A stretch of DNA of 64,000 nucleotides. Source: an uncultured Planctomycetota bacterium (GTDB taxonomy: Bacteria > Planctomycetota > Uabimicrobiia > Uabimicrobiales > JABWCH01). Below are positions 28,619 through 36,933 of this stretch, one piece after another (the first letter of the stretch is position 1; each line of letters begins with the position of its first letter). Location of the stretch: positions 36 to 64,035 of the forward strand of contig CAZPDM010000005.1 in assembly GCA_964585305.1 (NCBI GenBank), written 5' to 3'. The notes beneath the pieces were generated by a model that saw only the letters and a list, made by a program, of their open reading frames with translations, ran no database searches and was not told where the DNA came from. The position numbers and the translations under genes are program-made.

Positions 28619-29389
28619 CTAATTCGGGATAATACCTATTCCTTCAGCAGTTATATCTTCTTCTGGGATTTCTTGTACATCTTTAAGTAATTCTTCCCAA
28701 TTCTCAGGTTTTTGTTCTGAAATAATAGTTAATAACAAGGCTTTATAGATACGAAGGTTAATAGAAGTTGTAACGACAAAACGTTTGTCTTTAATTTCTT
28801 CTTTAAGAACTTCCAGGCCATTGATATATTGAAAGCCTTCTAGTTTGCTTTTAACTTCTTGATTTGTTAAAATAAATTTTTCAACTTGGACATTTTTTTC
28901 AACAATTTCTCCACAACACGTTTGGGCTATATTTCTCATTGCATCAACTAAAGCAATTCTTCGGGCTTTAATTAACTTTATTCCTTGTACATTTAATGGC
29001 CCACAGCCCATAGCTTTTATAGTATCAGGAAGAAAACTCGCTGCAAGTTTTAAGGAATCTTTAGGATACTCTGAATTCGAAGCTATATTTTCAAGATTTT
29101 TTAAATATTTTTCTCTCGTAATAGTTGCTTCTACCACTAAATAATTCGAATTTTGAGAGGCTAATTTTGTAGAAAAACCTTCAATAAACGACTTATTATT
29201 TTTCGTAATATATTCTATTTTTTTGCTATCAGAAGAACCTGCAACAAATGTTCCTACTACACATTCCCCTAAATTTCGCATAGCATCAACTTCTGCAACG
29301 CGAATAGCAGTTTGAAGGATTTTGGGATTTGTTTGTGCAATACTTAAAGTTGAAATAATGAAAAATAAAACAAGCATGATTTTATTCAT
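28619..29389 (-). CDS. Exported LPP20/FlgP-like protein, paralog group A (two modules)
   Basis: ATG 29389 (MNKIMLVLFFIISTLSIAQ) has GAGAGGTG upstream; the ORF-track start at 29401 is a GTG. Modules: AIRVAEVDAMRNLGECVVGTFV... and ARRIALVDAMRNIAQTCCGEIVEKNVQVEKFILTNQ. The protein ends ...AEGIGIIPN. Confidence 0.65.
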   Translation of the reverse strand: MNKIMLVLFFIISTLSIAQTNPKILQTAIRVAEVDAMRNLGECVVGTFVAGSSDSKKIEYITKNNKSFIEGFSTKLASQNSNYLVVEATITREKYLKNLENIASNSEYPKDSLKLAASFLPDTIKAMGCGPLNVQGIKLIKARRIALVDAMRNIAQTCCGEIVEKNVQVEKFILTNQEVKSKLEGFQYINGLEVLKEEIKDKRFVVTTSINLRIYKALLLTIISEQKPENWEELLKDVQEIPEEDITAEGIGIIPN

Positions 29390-29463
29390 AAAAATATGCA
29401 CCTCTCTAATAATTTGAACATTTTCAGAGAAATGATTCCGTATCGCTTCAAAAGAAAGCTATA

Positions 29464-29486
29464 CCTCGTAGCGAAAAACTACGAGG
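29464..29486 (-). other. Intercistronic stem-loop
   Basis: CCTCGTAG-cgaaaaa-CTACGAGG (8-bp stem). It shares the CCTCGT...ACGAGG arms with the hairpin at 13749. Confidence 0.5.
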
Positions 29487-29514
29487 AATCTATGATATAG
29501 CTACTAAACTAAAT

Positions 29515-31215
29515 TTAGTAAGAAATATATGCCTCACCGACAGCCTCAACAGATTCCGGTAAATTTTTTAGAATATGTTGAACTAACGCATTATTATTAG
29601 GGAAAATATCTCTTAATAATCTTTGAACAAATCGTTTTGACATTGTTGCTGTAACTTGAACATGATCTTCTGCGTTCCAAGTCGTATTACTTTTTCGGAC
29701 TCCAGTAAGTCTTCCAAAAATAGAAAGAGTAATGGTATCTTTTTCTGTAATACCATCTTTTACTTCTGTAGCACTTTCAATGCTAGCACCATAAATTTTT
29801 TCTGCAAGCTGTATTTTAGCATCCAAAAAGGCTTCTTCTTCTGCAATTGCCTGCATTTGTGTTTTAGCAAGTACTCTATCTTCGTGAACATTAACAACTT
29901 TAATTTTTATTTCTTTTACAAAAGTATTAGGATACAAATAGAATTGAATCTTGGCTTCACATTCTTGATAGGGTGCAGTATAACTTAAATTACTTGCTGT
30001 TCCTAAATTAGCGCGAATAAAGAAATCTTTATCACTATAAGAACTTGACTCTATTTTAAAAACGATTGTTTTCCCAGTTTTTATTACAAGAGGATATGGT
30101 ATAATTGTCAATTTTGGTATAGAAAGAGAAATTGGTGCAGAAGCTTGATTTCCTTTTAAATTCAATGTATAGATTTTTTGGCTATTGGCATAAAATTCAA
30201 AAATATTATCACCAGCTTTTAAAGGAACCACAACTTCAAAATTTCCTCTATCTATTTTTGTAATTGCAAGGCTTTCTGATCCAAATTTGATAAAAAAGTT
30301 TTGTGGTAATTGAGAAGCTGGTGCAAGCGAACCTCTGATTGTAACTTGATTAGATTCCCAACTAGAATTATTTTGAGGTGTAATATTAGATATACTATAA
30401 GAAACTTCTTGTGGTTGTTCAAAGAAAATAGGAATACTTCTTATTTTACTACCATTTATTTCAAATTCTAATATATTTTGGCCAGGAGACATTAGACCAA
30501 TAAAAAGAGAAAAAACAATCTGGCCACTTTCATATCTCAAATAGCTTTTTAAATTATATTGGTTAGAAGTATTCGCTTGAATAAGCCAGAATGAATTAGG
30601 TATAGCTGAAATACTGCCTTTTATTTCAACTTTATTTTCAGAAAATTTTTGTTCATAAGAAGGAGATTGAAGGCTAAGTATGGGTAAAAAGGTTGTTGAT
30701 GTAGGCAAACTTATCTTTGAAAGATCTGCAATCGAAAAATTTTGGGAAGTAATAGAATAAGAAGTTTTTGGCCGCTGCCCTCTTAAAAAATCATAAAGTT
30801 CATTTCTGGTAATTTGTTGATCTTTATCTAAATCAGCCTGACCTAATAAACCATCCCAAAGATGCTGCCAATTTATAACACCAACCATAGAATTTCCACG
30901 AAATGCAAGTTCTTTATCTTTCTTTAAATAAATAGAAAGAATATTGATATTATTTTGAAATTTTGTAGTAGCTTCCAGAGCTGGCAATTCAGTAAATAAC
31001 AAAATAGTATCAGTTAAATTAGGATATTCATTAGGATTTGAAGGATAGGGAAGATTAGAGTAATATCTTGGCACGAAATTAAAAACTGACAATTTTTGAA
31101 ATTCCTGCAACTTTTGATTTATCTCAGGATTTGATCCAATTACCCAAATTTCCAATCCCATTGTTGAAGCAACTATTAAATATCCAATAAACAGCAAAAA
31201 GCTCATTTTTTTCAT
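29515..31215 (-). CDS. Exported multidomain protein: EF-hand-like loop, two Ig-like repeats, C-terminal LPP20-like module
   Basis: Signal peptide present. DLDKDQQITRNE fits the 12-residue EF-hand loop DxDxDxxIxxxE. Two internal paralogous ~75-aa segments: KVEIKGSISA...GQNILEFEINGSKI and NQVTIRGSLA...GDNIFEFYANSQKI. C-terminal module: AKTQMQAIAEEEAFLDAKIQLAEKIYGASIESATEVKDG. Confidence 0.6.
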   Translation of the reverse strand: MKKMSFLLFIGYLIVASTMGLEIWVIGSNPEINQKLQEFQKLSVFNFVPRYYSNLPYPSNPNEYPNLTDTILLFTELPALEATTKFQNNINILSIYLKKDKELAFRGNSMVGVINWQHLWDGLLGQADLDKDQQITRNELYDFLRGQRPKTSYSITSQNFSIADLSKISLPTSTTFLPILSLQSPSYEQKFSENKVEIKGSISAIPNSFWLIQANTSNQYNLKSYLRYESGQIVFSLFIGLMSPGQNILEFEINGSKIRSIPIFFEQPQEVSYSISNITPQNNSSWESNQVTIRGSLAPASQLPQNFFIKFGSESLAITKIDRGNFEVVVPLKAGDNIFEFYANSQKIYTLNLKGNQASAPISLSIPKLTIIPYPLVIKTGKTIVFKIESSSYSDKDFFIRANLGTASNLSYTAPYQECEAKIQFYLYPNTFVKEIKIKVVNVHEDRVLAKTQMQAIAEEEAFLDAKIQLAEKIYGASIESATEVKDGITEKDTITLSIFGRLTGVRKSNTTWNAEDHVQVTATMSKRFVQRLLRDIFPNNNALVQHILKNLPESVEAVGEAYISY

Positions 31216-31442
31216 AGAAAATTAACGACAAAATTTCTTAAAATAAGAAAATGTCGTTCCTCCTTAAAAAAGCCTTGTCTTGTATATTATGAAATATTTA
31301 TTAAAAAAATCAAGTTAAAGCATTTTTTAAATATAAAATTTTTGATGTCTTATAATAAGAGATATTATAACAATTGTCAACATTTTTATTTATGACAAAA
31401 TATCTTTGCTAAGATTTTTATCTTTTTCAGGAGAAAGAAAAT

Positions 31443-32006
31443 ATGCTTCAAACTCTACTTGACTATTTCGATGAATGGGCAAAAGATAAAACATGGTATT
31501 TAAGAAGTATTATTCTTGTTATTATGCTATTTCTTACTTTTCAAATGTGCGGAAGAGAAGGCTACCACAGTTGGTTTTCCGGAATAAACTTAGGAATTCA
31601 TGAAATTGGACATCTCGTATTTCGTTTTGGCGGTGAAGTCATTTGTGCTTTTGGTGGCACACTACTGCAATGTCTAGCCCCTCTCATTGCAATAGTAGTT
31701 TTTCTCAAAACTCCCGATCTAACTGCGATTCCATTCGCAATGACTTGGCTTGCTTCAAATTTGCTCAACGTTTCCTATTATATAGCAGATGCATCTAAAA
31801 TGGCCCTTCATTTAGTAACTCCCGGCGGGGGCGAAGCCTCTCATGACTGGAACTTCTTGCTGGGCAAATTTGGTCTATTAGGAAAAGAACGATTTATTTC
31901 CGGTTGCGTTTCATTTTTAGGTTTTATTGTTATGATAGCAGCAATCCTTTTACAAGCATGGATGATCTTTCGCATTTATCAGATAAATAAAGAAAAAAAT
32001 AAGTAG
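31443..32006 (+). CDS. Small polytopic membrane protein with an HExxH motif (M50B-like metalloprotease candidate)
   Basis: HEIGH lies in or next to a hydrophobic segment (GINLGIHEIGHLVFRFGG). There are about 5 hydrophobic helices. Confidence 0.5.
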   Translation: MLQTLLDYFDEWAKDKTWYLRSIILVIMLFLTFQMCGREGYHSWFSGINLGIHEIGHLVFRFGGEVICAFGGTLLQCLAPLIAIVVFLKTPDLTAIPFAMTWLASNLLNVSYYIADASKMALHLVTPGGGEASHDWNFLLGKFGLLGKERFISGCVSFLGFIVMIAAILLQAWMIFRIYQINKEKNK

Positions 32007-32024
32007 ATTCGGCAATCTTTTTTT

Positions 32025-32061
32025 AAAAAAAACAAGCACGGAACTAGTGCTTGTTTTTTTT
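32025..32061. terminator. Bidirectional intrinsic terminator
   Basis: A-run, then ACAAGCAC-ggaacta-GTGCTTGT, then T8, between convergent genes. Confidence 0.75.
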
Positions 32062-32067
32062 GTTATC

Positions 32068-32889
32068 TTATTTTGCTTTTTCTGTTTCTACATTAAGTTT
32101 TGCTTGGGTCTCTGTATTCTTTTTTTCGATTGCTTTTGATTTTTCTGTTTGGTACTCATTCCAAACAAATAAAGTTACACCAACGACAACAAGGCAATCT
32201 GCAATATTGAAGGTTGGCCAATGATAACGAGTTACATAAAAATCTAAGAAATCTCTAACTCCACCAAATATTATTCGATCCCAAAGATTTCCTGCTGCTC
32301 CTGCCATGATCATGCCAAGAAAAACTTGATAGTATTTGGGATATTCGTGAGAAATAGCAAGGTACAAAATAAATAACATGGCAATAATAGAAAAAAGTTG
32401 CAACATTATAGTTTGACCTTCAAAACTGCTCCAAATCGCTCCAAGATTAAATGCCAAACGCAAACTGAAAAAATCTGGAATAACAGAATAAATGTGATAG
32501 TCTGGTTTAGCAAGTAAACGTGGGCCTAATGGGTGATTATTTGCAGGAAGAGGATATTTAGGCTGGGAAATGTGGATTTCTTTTCCGCGAACTAATAAAA
32601 GAAAATATTTACCACTTTCATATACCCAATATTCATTATGGAAATTCATTCTTAAAATTGCTTGAGAAGATATAGGAATATGAGAAACAAGCTGTTTTTG
32701 TAAGTCTTCTGTTATTGGACCCGAAACTAAATATTTACTATAAGAATCAGGAATTTTTGCTATAACTTCAGGAACAAAAATTGTTCCTTCTAAGGAAGAA
32801 AATGTCCACGATTTACTTCCAATATCTAAGAAAAATCCTAAAATAATTACTAGTAAAAAAATCCAATTTTTACGAAAAAAATTTAGCAT
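32068..32889 (-). CDS. lspA: Lipoprotein signal peptidase (signal peptidase II) with a large periplasmic insertion
   Basis: LspA motifs: LDIGSK, FNLGAIWSSF, GAAGNLWDR, VRDFLDF, FNIADCLVVVGV (both catalytic Asp contexts are present). About 105 extra residues sit between TM1 and the NLGA motif. Confidence 0.8.
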   Translation of the reverse strand: MLNFFRKNWIFLLVIILGFFLDIGSKSWTFSSLEGTIFVPEVIAKIPDSYSKYLVSGPITEDLQKQLVSHIPISSQAILRMNFHNEYWVYESGKYFLLLVRGKEIHISQPKYPLPANNHPLGPRLLAKPDYHIYSVIPDFFSLRLAFNLGAIWSSFEGQTIMLQLFSIIAMLFILYLAISHEYPKYYQVFLGMIMAGAAGNLWDRIIFGGVRDFLDFYVTRYHWPTFNIADCLVVVGVTLFVWNEYQTEKSKAIEKKNTETQAKLNVETEKAK

Positions 32890-32975
32890 AAAAAATCTTT
32901 CTATTGATAAAAATATTTGCTATTCGTTATCGATAAAATCGATATTTTATTTAAGCCACAAAATGTGGGATTGTT

Positions 32976-33755
32976 TCATATTTTTAGACAATTTTGTAAA
33001 TATGTTACATCATCTTCAAAGTCAGATAATTTGTTTTGATAGTCTTTTGGGGTTTCAAGGCTAAGTTTGCATGATTTGGGAAAAGATTCGATAATTTTTT
33101 TAAGAGGAAAATTGCCTTTTCCTAAATGAAGGTGTTGATCATAAAGACTAATAAAATCTCCATCGCAAAGATGGAACATTTGAGGATTAAGTGTCATGAA
33201 TTCTGAAATAAAAGCAAATGGCTCTTGTTTGAGAGCATTGGCAGCACAAATCGCATGTCCAATATCTAAACAAAACCCAGTTTTTGCCTTTTGTATAACC
33301 AACTGAATTTGTTCTGGAGTATAGCCATTGCAAAGTATTGTTCCATCTACTCCCCAATAAGGTTTATTTTCAATAACAATTCGCGGATCCCAGATTTCTT
33401 GAATTTGTTGTATGGTTTCGTTTAAATCTCCATCAGTACCAGGATGAAAAATTATATATGATGCAGAAAGAAGATTAGCAAATTCTATAGCTTCACGGGC
33501 ATAAGATAAATTTTGTTTTTTACAATCAGATTTTGCGAAATTAAGACCACTTTGGCTATGAGGGGCATGAATAATAAAAGGAATATGTTTAATTCCTTCC
33601 CAAATATGAAAACATGTTTGAAAGGATTTTGGCACGGAATATAATTCAATATACTGGCACCAACCTTCTTCATAAAGTCTGACAGCATCCGAAACATAAT
33701 AATCATTTGTTGACCAAATTTTTAATCCAAGTTCTATCATAAATTTTCCTACCAT
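32976..33755 (-). CDS. Xylose-isomerase-like TIM-barrel (AP endonuclease 2 superfamily) protein
   Basis: The size and pattern fit sugar-phosphate isomerase/epimerase-type TIM barrels (IIHAPH, IIFHPG, ENK, DIGH, HLCDG...HLHLGKG). An alternative start at M6 is possible. Confidence 0.5.
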   Translation of the reverse strand: MVGKFMIELGLKIWSTNDYYVSDAVRLYEEGWCQYIELYSVPKSFQTCFHIWEGIKHIPFIIHAPHSQSGLNFAKSDCKKQNLSYAREAIEFANLLSASYIIFHPGTDGDLNETIQQIQEIWDPRIVIENKPYWGVDGTILCNGYTPEQIQLVIQKAKTGFCLDIGHAICAANALKQEPFAFISEFMTLNPQMFHLCDGDFISLYDQHLHLGKGNFPLKKIIESFPKSCKLSLETPKDYQNKLSDFEDDVTYLQNCLKI

Positions 33756-33792
33756 TTTTTTAATAGAAAAACCAAAAGAAATTTTTAATTTC

Positions 33793-34944
33793 TTAACTTG
33801 CTAATTCTTTGATAACCTGCACAATATGAGAAATATCTTTATTTGTAAGAACAGGATATAGTGGTAAAGAAAATTCTGATTGATAATAAGCATTGGCATG
33901 AGGAAATTCTTCTGGTTTATTGCCAAGTTTTTGATAAAAAGGTTGGTTAGGAACAGGAATATAATGAACTTGCAAAGTAATTCCTCTTGCTTTTAATTTT
34001 TCAAAAAGCTCTCGTTTAGTAATTTTAATTTTACTAAAATCAATAAGCAGCGGACAAAGATGGAAAGCTGCTTCAGAGTATTCTTTTTCTGCAAGTAATT
34101 TAAATCGTTCATCACCGGCAAAAAAATTTCGATATAGCATTACAATCTCACGGCGTCGTTTTTTAAACTGTTCAAGCTGCTTCATCTGAGAAATGCCTAG
34201 TGCTGCTTGAATATCAGTTAACCGATAGTTGAAGCCAAGCCAGTGCATTTCATAATACCAAGGTCCATCATTATGAGTAAGATATTTTGAGTCTTTAGTC
34301 ATTCCATGAGAGCGTAAAATCATAAGTTTTTCGTATAAATCTGGATTGTTTGTAGTAATCGCGCCACCTTCTGCGGTTGTAATTGTTTTAACTGGATGAA
34401 AAGAAAAGATCGTCATATCAGAATAACAACAATTGCCAACATATTCTTTATGATATTTGGAACCGATTGCATGAGCAGCATCTTCTATAATAAAAATATT
34501 TTTTCCTTGCTTTAATTTGGCAATTTTTTCCATATCACAAGATTGTCCAGCAAAATGAACTGGAATAATTGCACGTGTTTTATCTGTAATTTTACGCGCT
34601 AGATCATTAAGATCAAGCAAACCTGTTTCGGGATCAATATCACAAAATACAGCCTTTGCTCCTACATATAATACACAATTTGCCGAAGCAAGAAAAGTAT
34701 TAGCAGAAGTAATAATTTCATCTTGGGGTTGAAGGTTTAAAACAAGTGTTGTGAGATGAAGCGCAGCAGTACCATTTGCGACAGCAACTGCATACTTCGC
34801 GCCTGTATATCGGCAAATCTCTTTTTCAAATTCTACTACTGTTGGCCCTTGGGTCAGCCAAGCCGAACGCAATGCTTTTGCGACTTCCCAAACATCGCGC
34901 CAGGAAATAGTTTGGCGTCCATAGCTATAAGTTTTTGACTTCAC
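33793..34944 (-). CDS. pseC: DegT/DnrJ/EryC1-type PLP aminotransferase, PseC-like (UDP-4-amino-4,6-dideoxy-sugar transaminase)
   Basis: YGRQTIS...LTQGP...GAKYAVAVANGTAALHL, SFHPVKTITTAEGGAITTN (PLP-Lys context), FNYRLTDIQAALG, LQVHYIPV. Confidence 0.8.
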   Translation of the reverse strand: MKSKTYSYGRQTISWRDVWEVAKALRSAWLTQGPTVVEFEKEICRYTGAKYAVAVANGTAALHLTTLVLNLQPQDEIITSANTFLASANCVLYVGAKAVFCDIDPETGLLDLNDLARKITDKTRAIIPVHFAGQSCDMEKIAKLKQGKNIFIIEDAAHAIGSKYHKEYVGNCCYSDMTIFSFHPVKTITTAEGGAITTNNPDLYEKLMILRSHGMTKDSKYLTHNDGPWYYEMHWLGFNYRLTDIQAALGISQMKQLEQFKKRRREIVMLYRNFFAGDERFKLLAEKEYSEAAFHLCPLLIDFSKIKITKRELFEKLKARGITLQVHYIPVPNQPFYQKLGNKPEEFPHANAYYQSEFSLPLYPVLTNKDISHIVQVIKELAS

Positions 34945-34967
34945 AAAATTTCTCCTGCATAATAACT

Positions 34968-35954
34968 TTAGATATTTTTAAGCTCTTCTTTTAGTTGTTC
35001 GACATTAAGCCACCAAGTATTATTACCGCTGGAATATTCAAAATCTTCGGCAACTGATTTACTATTAGGGAAATTTGCGTTTGCTTTCCAAAAAGCAAAT
35101 TCCGGAGCAATAATATAATACTTTTCTAATTCTAAAGTATGTCTTGCATCTTCTTTTGTAATCATCATTTCGTGGATTTTTTCACCCGGACGAATACCAA
35201 TATCTTTCAATGGCATTTCTGGAGCAAGTGCTTGAGCTAAATCAACCACACGCATAGAAGGAATTTTGCGAACAAAAATTTCTCCGCCTTGCATTTCATT
35301 CAATGCAGTCATAACTAGATCTACAGCTTCTTCAAGACGTAACCAAAATCGCGTCATGCGGCTATCTGTAATTGGTAGTTCTTTTGCGCCAGAATTAATT
35401 AAATTACGAAAGAATGGAATAACAGACCCACGACTGCCAGCGACATTTCCATAACGTACTACAGCAAACTTTGTTTCATGCTTTCCTACATAAGAATTTC
35501 CTGCAATAAAAAGCTTATCTGAACACAACTTCGTTGCTCCATAAAGATTTACCGGAGCGCAAGCCTTATCCGTACTCAAAGCAACAACTCGTTTTACATT
35601 CCGATCAATTGCAGCACTGATCACATTTTCTGCGCCAAAAACATTTGTACGAACTGCTTCAAAAGGATTGTATTCACATGCAGGAATTTGTTTCAATGCA
35701 GCAGCATGAATTACAATATCAATCCCATCAAATGCTCGGTATAATCTCTGCTGATCCCGAACATCTCCAATAAAATATCGAACGCGTTTATCGTTATATG
35801 GCTCTTGATGAGCCATTTCAAACTGTTTTAGTTCATCCCGGCTGAATACAACAATTCTTTCAAAATTAGGATATTTTTCAATGACTGTTTTAATAAACAT
35901 TTTTCCAAATGATCCTGTTCCACCTGTAACAAGAATTGATTTTTGCGATAACAT
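34968..35954 (-). CDS. pseB: UDP-N-acetylglucosamine 4,6-dehydratase (inverting), PseB/FlaA1-like SDR
   Basis: ILVTGGTGSFGK, SRDELKQFEM, FIGDVRD, HAAALKQIPACEYNP, LSTDKACAPVNLYGATKLCSDKLF, RYGNVAGSRGSVIPFF, MTRFW, GIRPGEK. Confidence 0.85.
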   Translation of the reverse strand: MLSQKSILVTGGTGSFGKMFIKTVIEKYPNFERIVVFSRDELKQFEMAHQEPYNDKRVRYFIGDVRDQQRLYRAFDGIDIVIHAAALKQIPACEYNPFEAVRTNVFGAENVISAAIDRNVKRVVALSTDKACAPVNLYGATKLCSDKLFIAGNSYVGKHETKFAVVRYGNVAGSRGSVIPFFRNLINSGAKELPITDSRMTRFWLRLEEAVDLVMTALNEMQGGEIFVRKIPSMRVVDLAQALAPEMPLKDIGIRPGEKIHEMMITKEDARHTLELEKYYIIAPEFAFWKANANFPNSKSVAEDFEYSSGNNTWWLNVEQLKEELKNI

Positions 35955-35969
35955 GAAATGCCTTTCTTC

Positions 35970-36785
35970 TTATTTATTTAACGACTTTTGCTGCCACAAT
36001 TTTTCCATGGCTTCTTGTATTATTGTAGAATAATCTTTCGCTTCTACTGCCATATTCCTCGTGCTATCAAAAAGGCTGTAAAAACCATCTGCAAAATTTT
36101 CTGGATGACGACGGTATTCTTCCATAGCACAATTCCATGGCATTTTCATGAATTCTTCTATTTCAAAAAAAGCAATATTTTCAATGCCAACCAAATTGAT
36201 AAGACATTCGCGAATATTAATACGAATAGATTCTTCATTCTTCTGAACAACTTTATATAATAATAGTTCTGGTGTAATGCCCAATTTTTCACTTACTATA
36301 GAATAAACTTTAGTCCAAAGTTCTTTTAATTCTGAATTTTTCTTATCAATTTCCTGCATATTTTTCCAACTAAGAAAAACAAGAAAAATTACTTTGTTTT
36401 CATAATTTACATTTGGAATTCGAACTTTAAAATAATCTAAAGGATGGGCAACAACCCAATGAAAATGGTAGAGTGGGATATCTAGCCCAACTTCTTCTAA
36501 AAATTCAACAGACATTGAAACTTCATAAAGATGCTTCCGTTCCAACACTGTCTCTGTAATAATTTTAGGAACATGGATATATTGAACATTTCCCCCATGT
36601 ATATCTATTGCACCCGGATAAACATTTTTCCAATATGCTCGGCGTTGAAAAAGAATTTGATAATCCGGAGTAAGAGTAATAATACTCGTAGCTCGATGTA
36701 TAGGATAGGGAGGAATATGTACCGATGTTCTTTCTAAATAGCCTAAAACATGGTCATTTTCATCCACATGATAAAGATATTCCAT
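35970..36785 (-). CDS. Hypothetical protein with a divergent Nudix/IDI-like N-terminal half
   Basis: VDENDHVLGY...HRATSIITLTPDYQILFQRRAYWKNVYPGAIDIHGGNV and VEFLEEVGL resemble a Nudix fold, but with an interrupted, non-canonical Nudix box. The C-terminal half is unassigned. Confidence 0.4.
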   Translation of the reverse strand: MEYLYHVDENDHVLGYLERTSVHIPPYPIHRATSIITLTPDYQILFQRRAYWKNVYPGAIDIHGGNVQYIHVPKIITETVLERKHLYEVSMSVEFLEEVGLDIPLYHFHWVVAHPLDYFKVRIPNVNYENKVIFLVFLSWKNMQEIDKKNSELKELWTKVYSIVSEKLGITPELLLYKVVQKNEESIRINIRECLINLVGIENIAFFEIEEFMKMPWNCAMEEYRRHPENFADGFYSLFDSTRNMAVEAKDYSTIIQEAMEKLWQQKSLNK

Positions 36786-36933
36786 TAAATTTTTTAATCC
36801 TTAGTTTGTTAAAAAAAACTTTATCAATAAATTTAAAATTTGCTTGCTTTTTGGGAAAATTTTATCAAAATTTGAAGCAAGTCTCAAAGAAAAAAAGTAA
36901 TGTTTATATAAGTTTTTTTTTGAAAGAAAAATT

